NCBI GenBank assembly: GCA_039189765.1
Contig: JBCCYL010000016.1
Location: forward strand, 32,860-96,859
DNA length: 64,000 bases
Origin: Cyanobacteria bacterium P01_F01_bin.150
Lineage (GTDB): Bacteria > Cyanobacteriota > Cyanobacteriia > CAKZMO01
Direction: 5' to 3'
Position 1 is the first letter of the stretch. Each line of letters opens with the position of its first letter. A program made the position numbers and the translations under genes. The notes beneath the pieces were generated by a model. It was given only the letters and a program-made list of their open reading frames with translations. It was not told the DNA's origin and ran no database searches. Shown here piece after piece: positions 31,155 through 42,032 of this stretch.

Positions 31155-31529
31155 ATGAATCATAAACGCGTTCTGATTATTGATGATGAAGAAGCAATCC
31201 AAACGGTCGTTAAATTTGGTCTCAAAATGTCGGTGGGATGGGAAGTCCTTACTGCAAACTCGGGGCCGGAAGGCATTGACTGTGCCCAGACTGAACAGCC
31301 TGACATTATTCTGCTGGATGTAATGATGCCAGAAATGGATGGACTGACGACGTTTCGACGCCTAAAACAGCATCCTGATACCCAAGCGATTCCAGTAATT
31401 TTGCTCACGGCTAAGGCGCAAGCCTCTGAGAAACGGGTATTTCAAAGAACAGGAGTTAATGGGGTGATTACTAAACCGTTTAACTCCCTTGATTTGGCGG
31501 GAGAGATTAGTCAAATTTTGAACTGGTAG
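31155..31529 (+). CDS. rcaF: Single-domain response regulator RcaF
   Basis: 124-aa receiver (IIDDE, LDVMMP, TKPF) between rcaE and rcaC. Confidence 0.85.
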   Translation: MNHKRVLIIDDEEAIQTVVKFGLKMSVGWEVLTANSGPEGIDCAQTEQPDIILLDVMMPEMDGLTTFRRLKQHPDTQAIPVILLTAKAQASEKRVFQRTGVNGVITKPFNSLDLAGEISQILNW

Positions 31530-31537
31530 GATAGACC

Positions 31538-33115
31538 ATGCGGATTTTGCTCGTTGAAGATGATGATGTGTTGCGATCGCTCTTGACTCAGCGATTGAGG
31601 ACAGAACATTATGCCGTTGATGCTGCTATTGACGGCCATCAGGGCTGGGAGTACGCTTCAACCTATGATTATGATCTGCTGATTCTGGATGTGGTTTTAC
31701 CGAGAATAGACGGAGTTACTCTTTGTGAAACGCTTCGTAACCAGGAATACACCATGCCTATCTTGCTCTTAACGGCTCAGGATACTCGCGATGCCAAACG
31801 TATAGGCTGGGAGGCTGGAGCTGATGATTATGTGGTTAAGCCTTTTGACGAAGATGAACTAGTGGCACGAATCCGTGCGCTATTGAGGCGTAGTAGTGCC
31901 AATCCCTTACCCACCTTAACTTGGGGACCGCTTTGGCTAGATACCAACACCTGTGAGGCCAGCTACAACGAAGCGGTCTTATCTTTGACTGCCAAAGAAT
32001 ATACTCTATTGGAGATGATGCTGAGGGATAGTCAACATGTTTTTAGCAATGAAGACATCATCGAAGGGCTTTGGGCTTCAGAAGACTTTCCCACAGATGC
32101 CACCATTCGCTCTCACATTCGCAGACTGCGGCGAAAACTCAGCGCAGCCGGGGCACCTACGGACTTAATCGCAACGTCCCACGGCCGAGGCTATTATCTA
32201 AAACCCATTGAAGGCATGGATGACAGGGCGCTGGATAGCGGTAAACCTCCAATTCTGGTCTCCGCATCAATTGAGCAATCATCTTTACCAAATGGTTCAG
32301 TGTCTAAAAACGCTACTATTAAGCCTCGCACGTCTTTGCTTTCTAGCCAGTATTCTCAGGTATTACAGCAGACTTGGTTAAACTACAGAGTAAGGTGTTT
32401 CCAAAAAGTGAGTGATTTGAAGGGGGCGATCGCCCAACTCACCACCAACGCCTTGAACGCCCAAGCTCAAGCAGAAGCCTATCGTATTGCCCATACTCTG
32501 AGCGGTACCCTTGGCACTCTTGGATTAACGGATGCAATGCATTGTACAAGACAGATTGAGCAAGTACTGCATCCCGATTTGTATATAGAATCCCAACAGG
32601 TCCAGAGTCTGCAAACTCAGATAGCCCAGCTTGAAACTGTCCTACAGACTGTTTCATTTGATCAAAATGGCTCGTCTGAGTTGTCTTCATCGGTTTCATC
32701 TCAGGTTACAACGCTTCATTCCACAGCTAAATCGACTCGCTTGATGTTAGTGGATGACGATCCTATTTTTCTAAAAACCATGTTGGGACAACTCCAAGGC
32801 TACGGTTTTAGAGTCTCTATTTTGGATGATCCCCAGCAATTTTGGGTGGTCCTAGATCACGTGGTTCCAGAGGTATTAATTTTAGACGTACAAATGCCCC
32901 ATCTCAATGGTTTGGAACTGTGTAAAACGTTACGGCTAGCTCCTGAATGGCAGAAACTGCCGGTCATGTTTTTGAGTATTTTGGGAGATGCTGAAACCCA
33001 GCATAAAGCGTTTGCCGTGGGTGCCGATGATTATTTATCTAAACCTATTAGTGCTCAGAATTTAAGCGATCGCATTCGCCAACGCCTCCAGCGCATTGAA
33101 GTTATTATTTCTTGA
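31538..33115 (+). CDS. rcaC: Multidomain response regulator RcaC (REC-OmpR wHTH-Hpt-REC)
   Basis: N-terminal receiver, IRSHIRRLRRKL...GRGYYL wHTH, AHTLSGTLG Hpt, C-terminal receiver. Confidence 0.85.
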   Translation: MRILLVEDDDVLRSLLTQRLRTEHYAVDAAIDGHQGWEYASTYDYDLLILDVVLPRIDGVTLCETLRNQEYTMPILLLTAQDTRDAKRIGWEAGADDYVVKPFDEDELVARIRALLRRSSANPLPTLTWGPLWLDTNTCEASYNEAVLSLTAKEYTLLEMMLRDSQHVFSNEDIIEGLWASEDFPTDATIRSHIRRLRRKLSAAGAPTDLIATSHGRGYYLKPIEGMDDRALDSGKPPILVSASIEQSSLPNGSVSKNATIKPRTSLLSSQYSQVLQQTWLNYRVRCFQKVSDLKGAIAQLTTNALNAQAQAEAYRIAHTLSGTLGTLGLTDAMHCTRQIEQVLHPDLYIESQQVQSLQTQIAQLETVLQTVSFDQNGSSELSSSVSSQVTTLHSTAKSTRLMLVDDDPIFLKTMLGQLQGYGFRVSILDDPQQFWVVLDHVVPEVLILDVQMPHLNGLELCKTLRLAPEWQKLPVMFLSILGDAETQHKAFAVGADDYLSKPISAQNLSDRIRQRLQRIEVIIS

Positions 33116-33133
33116 TATAAAACGTGCCATTAA

Positions 33134-33151
33134 TTGCACAGAATTTGCACG
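33134..33151 (+). promoter_or_regulatory. L-box (RcaC site) upstream of pcyA
   Basis: TTGCACA-GAAT-TTGCACG versus consensus TTGCACA-N4-TTGCACA. Confidence 0.85.
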
Positions 33152-33195
33152 ATGAATCCGTCATCCTATAGGAACAGTCGTCAAGTATTCGACCT

Positions 33196-33936
33196 ATGAC
33201 TTCTTCAGTATTATCTCTTCGACAGCAACAGCATCCGCTGATTTGTCAGCTAGCTGACGCGATCGAACGTATTTGGGAGGACAAGCTAGTCCTTGATCCT
33301 TATAGCATTCCTAAGGACTTAGGCTATATTGAAAGCCACCTTGAAGGAGAGAGGCTGATTATTGAAAATCGGTGTTATCAAACTCCTCAATTTCGTAAAA
33401 TACATCTAGAACTTGCCCAAATAGGAAACGGCCTAGATATTCTTCACTGCGTGATGTTTCCTCATTCAAGCTATTCATTGCCTATGTTTGGATGTGACAT
33501 TGTAGGTGCTAGAGGGAATATAAGTGCAGCTATTGTAGATTTATCTCCCATTCAAACCAATAAGCGTCTGCCTAATCGATATTATTTAGCCCTTTCTCAG
33601 CTACCTAATTTCAGCTTTAAGCATCATCGTGAACTGCCTGATTGGGGTGATATTTTTTCTTCATTCTGCACGTTTATTCGTCCTGTAAATCATACTGAAA
33701 ATCAGGCTTTTTTACAGCGAGTTCAATATATTCTTCGTATTCACTGTAATATTGCTAATAAGACTCAGCCTGTCTGCACTACAGTAGAAAAAGAGGAAAT
33801 TATTGCTGGTCAAGCTTACTACTGTAGTAAACAGCGTAAAAATGATAAGACACGTTACGTTCTTGAAAGGTCCTTTGGCCCAGAATGGACAGAACGCTAC
33901 ATGAGTACAATGTTATTTGACACGATTGCAGTATAG
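33196..33936 (+). CDS. pcyA: Phycocyanobilin:ferredoxin oxidoreductase
   Basis: LIIENRCYQTPQFRKIHLELA, DILHCVMFP, PMFGCD, YCSKQRKNDKTR. Confidence 0.95.
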   Translation: MTSSVLSLRQQQHPLICQLADAIERIWEDKLVLDPYSIPKDLGYIESHLEGERLIIENRCYQTPQFRKIHLELAQIGNGLDILHCVMFPHSSYSLPMFGCDIVGARGNISAAIVDLSPIQTNKRLPNRYYLALSQLPNFSFKHHRELPDWGDIFSSFCTFIRPVNHTENQAFLQRVQYILRIHCNIANKTQPVCTTVEKEEIIAGQAYYCSKQRKNDKTRYVLERSFGPEWTERYMSTMLFDTIAV

Positions 33937-34211
33937 TTTTACTTAAAAAATAACCTCTCCTTAGTTATTTTTTAAGGACGAAGCAAGGATATCCTAAGTG
34001 CAAAAGGGATATCCTTTTTTTTGATGATTTTAATGACTTAACTATTAAATTAATGTCATGGATTTACCTGCACTCTACAATACCATTAAGGGATTTGCGT
34101 GAAAATAATATACCGCTTGCATAGGATGGGAAAAATGAACGTAATTATCCTGATTTTTTGTCTTAAAATCAAGACTTGTGTTTTACAAAAATAAATCTTA
34201 TTCCAGGAATT

Positions 34212-34229
34212 TTGCACAAAAATTGCACA
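34212..34229 (+). promoter_or_regulatory. L-box (RcaC site) upstream of cpcB
   Basis: Perfect TTGCACA-AAAA-TTGCACA about 300 bp upstream of the cpcB ATG. Confidence 0.9.
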
Positions 34230-34525
34230 GATTAATTGCTTCAATTAAATCAGTGGTTTTGCTGAGTTTTTAATTAAGTCAATTAAGTTCAATTTAGGCT
34301 ATTTTAATTGACTGCATAATTTTAAGCTTCGGTATTTGAGTAATGTCTAAGAATTCTCATCGTTTTAATTGGCTTCAGATTCTGATAATTGCTGGAGTGT
34401 CCAGTCTTGCTCACAGTAAGTAAGGGAATGTGGTTTTGGATTGTAAGACGATATTTTTGAGGAATTATTCAACGATTAAACTATCCGATTGAATACTGTT
34501 TTTTGTACGACAGGGAGATACTTGC

Positions 34526-35044
34526 ATGTTAGATGCCTTTACAAAAGTAGTTTCTCAGGCAGATGCGCGGGGCGACTATGTTAGCGATGCTCAGATTGAT
34601 GCTCTTGCCCAGATGGTTAGTGATGGCAATAAGCGAATGGATACGGTAAACCGCATCACCAGTAATGCATCCGTTATTGTCACGAGTGCGGCTCGGTCTC
34701 TGTTTGATGAGCAGCCCCAGTTGATTGCTCCTGGCGGTAATGCATATACCAATCGTCGGATGGCGGCATGCTTACGAGATATGGATATTATTCTTCGCTA
34801 CATTACCTACGCCATGTTTACAGGTGATGGCAGTATCTTGGATGATCGCTGCCTTAACGGCTTGCGGGAAACCTACTTGGCTTTAGGGGTGCCAGGGGCA
34901 TCTGTCGCTGAGTCCGTAAACAAAATGAAGGCCGCTGCGATCGCCGTTGCGAATGATCGAAACGGGGTCACTCAGGGTGACTGTAGCTCCTTAATGGCCG
35001 AGCTATCCACCTACTTTGATCGTGCAGCTCAGGCTGTAGGCTAG
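34526..35044 (+). CDS. cpcB: Phycocyanin beta subunit (inducible cpc2 type)
   Basis: [39 protein letters not shown]; 172 aa. Confidence 0.97.
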   Translation: MLDAFTKVVSQADARGDYVSDAQIDALAQMVSDGNKRMDTVNRITSNASVIVTSAARSLFDEQPQLIAPGGNAYTNRRMAACLRDMDIILRYITYAMFTGDGSILDDRCLNGLRETYLALGVPGASVAESVNKMKAAAIAVANDRNGVTQGDCSSLMAELSTYFDRAAQAVG

Positions 35045-35099
35045 GTCTGCTCTTTTTCCTTTTGTTTACGTTCATATCTATTTGAGGTTTTGACGCATC

Positions 35100-35588
35100 A
35101 TGAAAACGCCTTTAACTGAAGCCGTTGCATCCGCTGATTCCCAGGGGCGCTACCTGGGGTCTACTGAAATTCAGGTTGCTTTTGGTCGTTACCGCCAAGC
35201 ATCCGCTAGCTTACAAGCTGCTAAGTCTCTAAGCAGCAATTCCAAGTCCTTGTCTGAAGGTGCTGCTGATGCAGTTTATCGGAAGTATCCCTACACGACT
35301 CAGATGGATGGCCCTAACTTTGCCTCCACTGCCCGAGGCAAAGATAAGTGTGTGCGAGACATTGGTTATTACTTGCGCATGGTAACCTATTGCCTCATTG
35401 CTGGCGGTACTGGTCCTATGGATGACTACCTGATTGCTGGAGTCGCTGAAATTAACCGCACATTCGATTTGTCCCCAAGCTGGTACATCGAAGCATTGAA
35501 GCATATCAAAACAAATCATGGCTTGACGGGTGATCCCGCTGTTGAAGCCAATTCTTACCTTGACTATGCCATCAATGCCCTGAGCTAG
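35100..35588 (+). CDS. cpcA: Phycocyanin alpha subunit
   Basis: [40 protein letters not shown]; 162 aa. Confidence 0.97.
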   Translation: MKTPLTEAVASADSQGRYLGSTEIQVAFGRYRQASASLQAAKSLSSNSKSLSEGAADAVYRKYPYTTQMDGPNFASTARGKDKCVRDIGYYLRMVTYCLIAGGTGPMDDYLIAGVAEINRTFDLSPSWYIEALKHIKTNHGLTGDPAVEANSYLDYAINALS

Positions 35589-35897
35589 GGAAACAGTTTG
35601 GTCCGAATCACTCCCTTTTTCCACATATCATCTTGCCCCCATATCCCCCGATGATAAGCGTTCAAGCGAGGTGCCTCTGATGGTTTTCGTCCTTAAGCCC
35701 TTCTAATGCTCAGGGCGATCGCCATCACCCAACGGGAGTCATCGTCGTGATGAGGGGACATGGTCCGGGCCTTCCTGCATTTGAATTTGAATAACTTACA
35801 AGGAGCCGTTGGCTTAAAACTTGATCTAAAGGGATACCAGAACAAAAAGTGCTCTGGTATCCCTCCTTAAAATGGTCTTTGACAAGGAGCTTACACT

Positions 35898-36716
35898 ATG
35901 ACCAGTGCCTTGACCGCACGTCAGTTAGGGTTCGAACCGTTTAATTCTAGTTCACCAGTGGAATTGCGATCGCCAGGAAACGAGGGAGATGTTCAGGCGG
36001 TCATTTGCGCTGCTTATCGCCAGGTCTTTGGCAATGAGCACATTATGCAGTCTCAGCGTTTAACTAGTGCTGAATCGTTACTGAAGAAAGGAAGTATCTC
36101 AGTTCGTGATTTTATTCGCGCCCTTGCCCTATCCCCTCTGTATCAGGAGAAATTTTTCTCTGGAGTGTATCAAATTCGCTTTATTGAGCTGAACTTTAAA
36201 CATTTGTTGGGGCGTGCGCCTGATGATCAGGCGGAAATTTCTGAACATGTCAATCTTTACACCGAACAAGGCTATGAGGCAGAAGTCAATTCATACATTG
36301 ATTCTGTCGAGTATCAGAATAATTTTGGTGAGATGATTGTGCCTTACCATCGGGGCTTTAGTACCCAGCTGGGGCAAAAAACGGTGAGCTTTAATCGCAT
36401 GTTCCAGCTCTATCGAGGCTATGCTAGCAGCGATCGCGCCCAAGGAAATCGTAAGGGATGTCTAACGGAAGAGCTTGCCACAAACTTGGCATCTCCTGTA
36501 CGTACCAGCACTTTGGGTGGGGAACTAATGGGTACCACTGCTGGTGCTGGTCGCGGTCAGCTCTATCGGATTCGGGTCAGTCAAGCGGCTAGTCCTCGTA
36601 CAACTCAAATTCGTCGCAGCGTGAGTGAGTATCTAGTGGCCTATGATCAGCTTTCCACTACTATGCAACGCCTGAATCAGCGCGGCAGCCGCATTGTTAG
36701 CATCACTACCGCCTAG
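35898..36716 (+). CDS. cpcC: Phycobilisome rod linker (CpcC family, CpcH-like)
   Basis: [30 protein letters not shown]-terminal CpcD-like domain. Confidence 0.9.
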   Translation: MTSALTARQLGFEPFNSSSPVELRSPGNEGDVQAVICAAYRQVFGNEHIMQSQRLTSAESLLKKGSISVRDFIRALALSPLYQEKFFSGVYQIRFIELNFKHLLGRAPDDQAEISEHVNLYTEQGYEAEVNSYIDSVEYQNNFGEMIVPYHRGFSTQLGQKTVSFNRMFQLYRGYASSDRAQGNRKGCLTEELATNLASPVRTSTLGGELMGTTAGAGRGQLYRIRVSQAASPRTTQIRRSVSEYLVAYDQLSTTMQRLNQRGSRIVSITTA

Positions 36717-36779
36717 GGCCTTTTCATAACGAATAGGTAATTCATATATTTGCTGTGACTTAATTTCAGGAGTTCTTTT

Positions 36780-37646
36780 GTGGCTATTACAACTGCGGCA
36801 TCCCGCCTAGGTAGTGCGGCCTATGCCGATGCTTCTCCCCTTGAATTACGACAGGACGCGTCGACCAAGGAGGCAGATCAGGTCGTTCGGGCGATCTATC
36901 GTCATGTCTTTGGCAATGACTATATTCTGGAAAACGATCGTTTGATTGAACGGGAGTCCCTCCTGGTCAATGGTCAGCTCTCGGTACGTAATTTTGTGCG
37001 TGCCCTGGCAAAGTCCGAACTATATAAGAAAAAATTCCTTTATCCCCATTTCCATACGCGGGTGATTGAATTGAACTTTAAGCATCTTTTGGGGCGTGCA
37101 CCCTATGATGAATCAGAAGTGATTGAACACCTGGATCGATACCAGAATCAAGGCTATGAGGCCGACATTGATTCTTACATTGATTCCAATGAGTATGATG
37201 CTAGCTTTGGTGATTTTACCGTCCCATACTATCGAGGGTTCAGCACCCAAACCGGCCAAAAAATGACCGGATTTCCCCGTATCTTTAAGCTCTATCGGGG
37301 ATATGCTACGAGCGATCGCTCCCAAATTGCAGGTAAAACCTCTCGCTTAGCCAAAGAATTAGGGCTTGGTTCGGTTTCTGCGGTGGTGAGTCCAGCTGGA
37401 AGTAGCTCTGGATGGGCATACCAAGCCTCTGAGCGAGATGTGAAACCCAAAACAGCTTTTGCCCCTGCTATGTATGGAGGTGCTCAACTTTATCGCATTG
37501 AGGTTGCTGGAACATCTCTGCCTCGATATCCCAAAATTCGACGCAGTAATAAAGAGTTTTTGGTTCCCTACAATCAGCTCAATAATACGCTGCGACGGAT
37601 TTACAAATTAGGAGGCAAGGTCGCTAGTGTCACTGTTGTGAAATAG
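36780..37646 (+). CDS. cpcC: Phycobilisome rod linker (CpcC family, CpcI-like)
   Basis: [39 protein letters not shown]. Confidence 0.92.
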   Translation: MAITTAASRLGSAAYADASPLELRQDASTKEADQVVRAIYRHVFGNDYILENDRLIERESLLVNGQLSVRNFVRALAKSELYKKKFLYPHFHTRVIELNFKHLLGRAPYDESEVIEHLDRYQNQGYEADIDSYIDSNEYDASFGDFTVPYYRGFSTQTGQKMTGFPRIFKLYRGYATSDRSQIAGKTSRLAKELGLGSVSAVVSPAGSSSGWAYQASERDVKPKTAFAPAMYGGAQLYRIEVAGTSLPRYPKIRRSNKEFLVPYNQLNNTLRRIYKLGGKVASVTVVK

Positions 37647-37890
37647 GACAGCTCATATCTCTTTCCTACTCCTTCCTTATGTGGACGCTTTATCACGTTG
37701 TTATGGTTGTGCTTTGTGCCCCATAGCCGCATACTCCCTTGAATCATACGTTCCTCGTTCACTGAACCAGGTTTAGTATCGAGGGTTCAACATAAGGTGG
37801 AACAAAATAAACGATAGTGGAGGCGTGTCGTGCCCCCACTATCGCCTGAATACAATTGATATCCAATATCGACAAGGAGATGCATAGATT

Positions 37891-38160
37891 ATGATGGGCA
37901 ATTCAGTTTTGAATGTTACTCAGACAATGGATAATCGCATGTTTGTTTATGAGATCTCAGGATTAAACCAGAACGACCAAACGGTTCAATCTGTCTCTCC
38001 CATTAGAAGCAGCAGTACGGTATTGTTCCCGGTCCCATTTAAGCGCATGAGTGCGTTTATGCAGCGGATCAACCGTCTGGGAGGAACGATTGTCGCGATT
38101 CATTCATCTTGGGAAACGGCGATGAAGTCGAGCGCTCAGGTTTCTGGGGGCGATTCATAA
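37891..38160 (+). CDS. cpcD: Rod-capping linker CpcD
   Basis: RMFVYEISGL...IRSS...VPFKRM..FMQRINRLGGTIVAI. Confidence 0.88.
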   Translation: MMGNSVLNVTQTMDNRMFVYEISGLNQNDQTVQSVSPIRSSSTVLFPVPFKRMSAFMQRINRLGGTIVAIHSSWETAMKSSAQVSGGDS

Positions 38161-38469
38161 CAAGCAGAGTAATCAATCATTACGGTCATTTGTCGTTAAA
38201 TCGAGGCCATTTGTCGTTAAATCGAAATTGATCGTTAATGTTTCTGCCTCATCCATATAAGATGACGCAATTATGTACCAATATTAGGGCACAGATGATA
38301 CATTGTTTGCAACGGTGTATCATTTAGCCAGGATTGGGAGACGCTAGGTTAACAATAGGTCCAGCGATAGAGCCGGAAATAACTCAGCAACGAGTCGACG
38401 ATTTGGTCGATTATTTGGCCCTGGCATACATCGACTCTCTATCTTGACTTACCCCTTTGCATATATCTT

Positions 38470-39039
38470 TTGTGGAGCAGTGACGTGACTCAATCGACTA
38501 AGCCAAACTTATCCCAGCTGCAATCCGAAGTGACAAGATTGCGTGATGAACTGCAAACTCGCGACCAGCTAGTTCAGCAGCTTTCCCAAGAGCTATTTCG
38601 GTTGGTCAAAGGAAATGCTAGCTTTACGCCTGCACCTGAGGTATCTGAGCGCCATCAGGCAGAAGTGCGTTCGCTCCGGGAACAGCTTAAGGGTGTTGAA
38701 GAGCAGGTAAGCTTTTACCAGACTCAAATTGCCACTCGCGATGGGGAAATTGAGAAGCTGCGCTACACGGTCAGAACCCTTAATTACCGCACTAAGACCT
38801 TAGAAAAGGTGATTCAGGAGATGCCTCGAATTTACAAAGAGAAGTTTTCTGAGCGCATGGTACCCATTAAGGAAAAGGTGGCGCGAATTCAGCGAGAAAA
38901 TCGTCAGCTCCATGCCGAACTACAGAGCGTTAGCTATCGGCTTGCGGTTAGGAGCCGTCGTACTAGCTATCTTGACTTGCCCAACTTTCCTCAACTTGGA
39001 ACCTTAAAGTCTTCAGTGCCTGCTCTGGGTGATGCGTAG
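38470..39039 (+). CDS. Conserved cyanobacterial coiled-coil protein (Npun_F5560-like)
   Basis: RDQLVQQLSQELFRLVKGN...LHAELQSVSYRLA...DLP. Confidence 0.75.
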   Translation: MWSSDVTQSTKPNLSQLQSEVTRLRDELQTRDQLVQQLSQELFRLVKGNASFTPAPEVSERHQAEVRSLREQLKGVEEQVSFYQTQIATRDGEIEKLRYTVRTLNYRTKTLEKVIQEMPRIYKEKFSERMVPIKEKVARIQRENRQLHAELQSVSYRLAVRSRRTSYLDLPNFPQLGTLKSSVPALGDA

Positions 39040-39075
39040 TGGCGGAGTGTTGGCTTTGAATTTATACGCTGTTAA

Positions 39076-39504
39076 ATGAGCGATCGCCCTCTTCAATCTT
39101 TTAACCCATCTCGTTGGGCCTACAATATCGCCGGGGCAGTTGTCCTGGCGATCATTGTCGCTGTTGGTCTATGGACAAAGCTGGGGTACGACGGTTGGGG
39201 TAAGGCTTGGGTCAATGATTTTAGCGGCGATATTCTATATGAGATGGCCTGGATTATATTCTTTGGCTTGCTTTGGCCCCGTATCAGTAGCGCCAAGCTT
39301 GCCTGGAGTGTTTTCCTGGGGACTGCTTTAATTGAATTTAGTCAGCTTATTCCGTTTCCGCCCAGCCTAACGTCTAATCTTTTCTGGCGGTTGCTAATGG
39401 GCACAACTTTTGTGTGGTGGGATTTTCCCCATTATGCTGTGGGCTGTGTAATCGGTTGGGGAATATTGCAGGGGTTGCGCGATCGCTTTCTTTTTTCCAA
39501 ATAG
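39076..39504 (+). CDS. DUF2809 family membrane protein
   Basis: GDILY, IEFSQL, RLLMGTTF.WWD..HY..G. Confidence 0.8.
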   Translation: MSDRPLQSFNPSRWAYNIAGAVVLAIIVAVGLWTKLGYDGWGKAWVNDFSGDILYEMAWIIFFGLLWPRISSAKLAWSVFLGTALIEFSQLIPFPPSLTSNLFWRLLMGTTFVWWDFPHYAVGCVIGWGILQGLRDRFLFSK

Positions 39505-39566
39505 CTCACGGCGAAATAGGATAGACGGTCTTGTGGGTTGGGGCGATCGCGATCGCCCCTCAGCCA

Positions 39567-40193
39567 TCAGTCTTCAACAAGAATATGCATCAGAATGCGA
39601 CCAAGGGACATCAAATCATCCGGGACACGGTAAAGGCTGAGGTCTTCAGTTAGATGTTTGGTGGTGCGATCGAAAGTTCCAAATTGCCAAATCTGCCCCG
39701 TACTAATTGCTCCGTACAGCACGGGCTGCGTTGTGTCTGTCCATTGATCCAACGCGATCAGCTCGGCCCCAAGCTGCGTAAATCCGGTGTACAAGTTTTC
39801 ACGTTTGGCTTCAATAATAAGCAGGTTATGGGCTTGAAAATAATAATCTAAAGTCCCTTTTAGCCAATTATTGATGTTTAAGGGATATTCCACCCGTACC
39901 TTCTGGCGGGTGCGACGACAAATCTGGCTAAGAATCGGCGCAATCAAAAATTCACGACGGGCTTGTTCGCTGCTAATTGTCGTAAATTGAAACGCTGCAT
40001 TTAATTGTTCGCTCAACTCCGTCCAATCCAATTCTCCCTTATATTGGGGCAACGATAACCGCTGGCTGGCAATCGTACATCCCAAATCCGCTAGAATCTC
40101 ATCTCGCTCATAGGGCAGTTCTGCATACCGGGAAAAGGTATAACTCTCGTCCGGTTTCAGAACTTTGGGTTTACTGGTGCTTGAATTGGACAT
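39567..40193 (-). CDS. PD-(D/E)XK / HsdR_N-like cyanobacterial hypothetical protein
   Basis: SEQARREFLIAPIL, EYPL, GTLDY, IIEAK, YGAISTGQIWQFG. Confidence 0.75.
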   Translation of the reverse strand: MSNSSTSKPKVLKPDESYTFSRYAELPYERDEILADLGCTIASQRLSLPQYKGELDWTELSEQLNAAFQFTTISSEQARREFLIAPILSQICRRTRQKVRVEYPLNINNWLKGTLDYYFQAHNLLIIEAKRENLYTGFTQLGAELIALDQWTDTTQPVLYGAISTGQIWQFGTFDRTTKHLTEDLSLYRVPDDLMSLGRILMHILVED

Positions 40194-40219
40194 GGGATCA
40201 GCCTAGGATTTTGCAAAAA

Positions 40220-40585
40220 TTATAGGTTTTGGCCGATACGCCAAAGGACGCCTGAGACATCGGTAAATACAAAATCTCGCATTTTCCATGGCTGGTCTTC
40301 AGGCTTGCCTAGCTTAATCGAATACTTTTGCTCTACGCCGCTGTCGTTAATTTTTTGCCACCATGAGTCTACGTCTTCAACGAGGAGATGCATCATAAAA
40401 TTATCGGCATGCTCTTTGATATAGAAGTTCTGGAGCAAAAAACTGACCTTATCAAACGCGAAATAGGCGATATTTTCGTCAGATGACTTTAGCTCAAAGC
40501 CAATATCTGAATAAAAGGATTTGCTTAGTTCAAAGTCTTTTGAAGGAATAAACGCTTTAATTTCGACTATGCGTAAATCAGACAT
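40220..40585 (-). CDS. VOC/glyoxalase family protein (putative gene cassette)
   Basis: FIPSKDFELSKSFY..IGF, FLLQNFY, MMHLLVEDVDSWW, PWKMRDF..D.SGVLWRI. Confidence 0.88.
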   Translation of the reverse strand: MSDLRIVEIKAFIPSKDFELSKSFYSDIGFELKSSDENIAYFAFDKVSFLLQNFYIKEHADNFMMHLLVEDVDSWWQKINDSGVEQKYSIKLGKPEDQPWKMRDFVFTDVSGVLWRIGQNL

Positions 40586-40769
40586 AGTTACTTCTTCTTC
40601 TGCAAAAACGATTTATACGAAACATCAGGAGCTTACGCCTCTGAGCTTGTCGTTCATGCGTACTATATCACGATTAGGACACCATCGCGTGCTCACACAG
40701 AAATTTTCCGTTTTGATGGACCCCGTATGTAAGCGATAGAATCATTCTTTTCGAAGTCTTTAGGCATGA

Positions 40770-40835
40770 GAATACCAACTTTAACCCTCATCAGTACCGC
40801 TTGTTGATGTCTGGTGCAGCGATTTATTGGGTTCC
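40770..40835 (-). other. attC-like site, left arm only
   Basis: Minus strand ACCCAATAAATCGCTGCACCAGAC...AAGCGGTACTGATGAGGGTTAAAG; loop region resembles the 42624-42707 site. Confidence 0.55.
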
Positions 40836-41020
40836 TTGTGCCAGCGTAGTAGCCACTCCATATCTTCAGTGCTCTCTTCTATGTCCTCCCTTGCCTTGAA
40901 TGTAGTCCAAGGCTCGATACTCTCGTACCAAAGTGAAATGTGCGATAGATTTCTTGTTGCTGGAGCCTGTCCATCTTCTAAGCTTCGTCGGTGGTTAAGC
41001 ATGTGGCCTATAGTGCCCAA
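40781..41020 (-). pseudogene. Probable gene remnant reading into an attC-like site
   Basis: TTG-start 79-aa ORF ending ...EPNKSLHQT, the typical translation of an attC left arm. Confidence 0.4.
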
Positions 41021-41035
41021 CTAATTCTTTAATAT

Positions 41036-41500
41036 TTATTTGCCAGCATATTCCATTTGAATGTGCGTATCCGTTTCACCTGTGTCTCGGAATCCGAGCC
41101 TTCGATAGAGGTGCTGGGCCGGATTAACTTTGAATACCTGAAGCCCCAATGGCTTTCTCTGTTCAATAGCCTGATGAATTATACGCTGGAGCAAGTGTGA
41201 ACCCACTCCACACCTTTGTCTTGCCGGGATGATCTCAATTCGAGCAATGTAGAGAGCGTCGTCTCGATCCTGCAATTCATACATCCCAATGCTTTGACCA
41301 TCTTGCTCGATGACCTGTATCACATCTGGATTGAAGCCTTTTTCGAAGAAGGAACGCTGAAAGCCATCATCCCATCCGTAAACAGCACTCACGTATTGAG
41401 CCATGGCCGCTTTTTTAAGTTCCCAAAGAAACGCTTTATCGTCGTTCGTTGCTGTGCGCGTGGTGATCATGGTTGTCTGTTCAACGTTATTTATCGACAC
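41036..41500 (-). CDS. GNAT family N-acetyltransferase (putative cassette; start may be 41470)
   Basis: [38 protein letters not shown]. Confidence 0.88.
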   Translation of the reverse strand: MSINNVEQTTMITTRTATNDDKAFLWELKKAAMAQYVSAVYGWDDGFQRSFFEKGFNPDVIQVIEQDGQSIGMYELQDRDDALYIARIEIIPARQRCGVGSHLLQRIIHQAIEQRKPLGLQVFKVNPAQHLYRRLGFRDTGETDTHIQMEYAGK

Positions 41501-41858
41501 GCAGTATTTTTTCCATCTTCTTGCCTTTGGCCAGCTCGTCGACCAGCTTGTCTAGATACCTGGCTTTTTGAATCAATGGGTCTTCGATCTCTTCTACTCT
41601 GTAGCCACAAATGACGCCCTTAATAAGATGGGCATTTGGATTTAGCTTGCAGTTCTTAAAAAAGGTCTCAAAGGTCACTTCATCGTCAATCAGGGTTTTT
41701 AATTTTTTTTCATCGTAGCCAGTAAGCCACTCGATGACTTCGTGTAGCTCTTTTTGGGTTCTGCCTTTCTTTTCAACTTTTGCAATGTAGAGAGGGTAGA
41801 TTGACGCAAAGGTCATCTTTGCAATGCGTTCGGCTGTGCCGGGAGGTGGCTGTTTCAT
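41487..41858 (-). CDS. DUF2200 family protein
   Basis: [31 protein letters not shown]...[15 protein letters not shown]...[13 protein letters not shown]. Confidence 0.9.
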   Translation of the reverse strand: MKQPPPGTAERIAKMTFASIYPLYIAKVEKKGRTQKELHEVIEWLTGYDEKKLKTLIDDEVTFETFFKNCKLNPNAHLIKGVICGYRVEEIEDPLIQKARYLDKLVDELAKGKKMEKILRVDK

Positions 41859-41912
41859 GGCAATTTAGTGTTCAGGTAGGTATTGAATAAGGTGGCGATC
41901 GGTTTAATAGTA

Positions 41913-42008
41913 GCTGTATAAAATCTGGCATCATAGGGCCGCTGCGGTTGATGCTCCCTTTTTGAGATGCGCGATTGGCGGTTCTTCCACGTTCCATTGT
42001 TATGCGGC
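41913..42008 (-). other. attC-like site (degenerate R')
   Basis: Minus strand GCCGCATAAC...AACCGCC...GCGGCC...TTTATACAGC; outer arms complementary. Confidence 0.55.
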
Positions 42009-42032
42009 AAGGGTAACGATCGAGTTTTCGTG

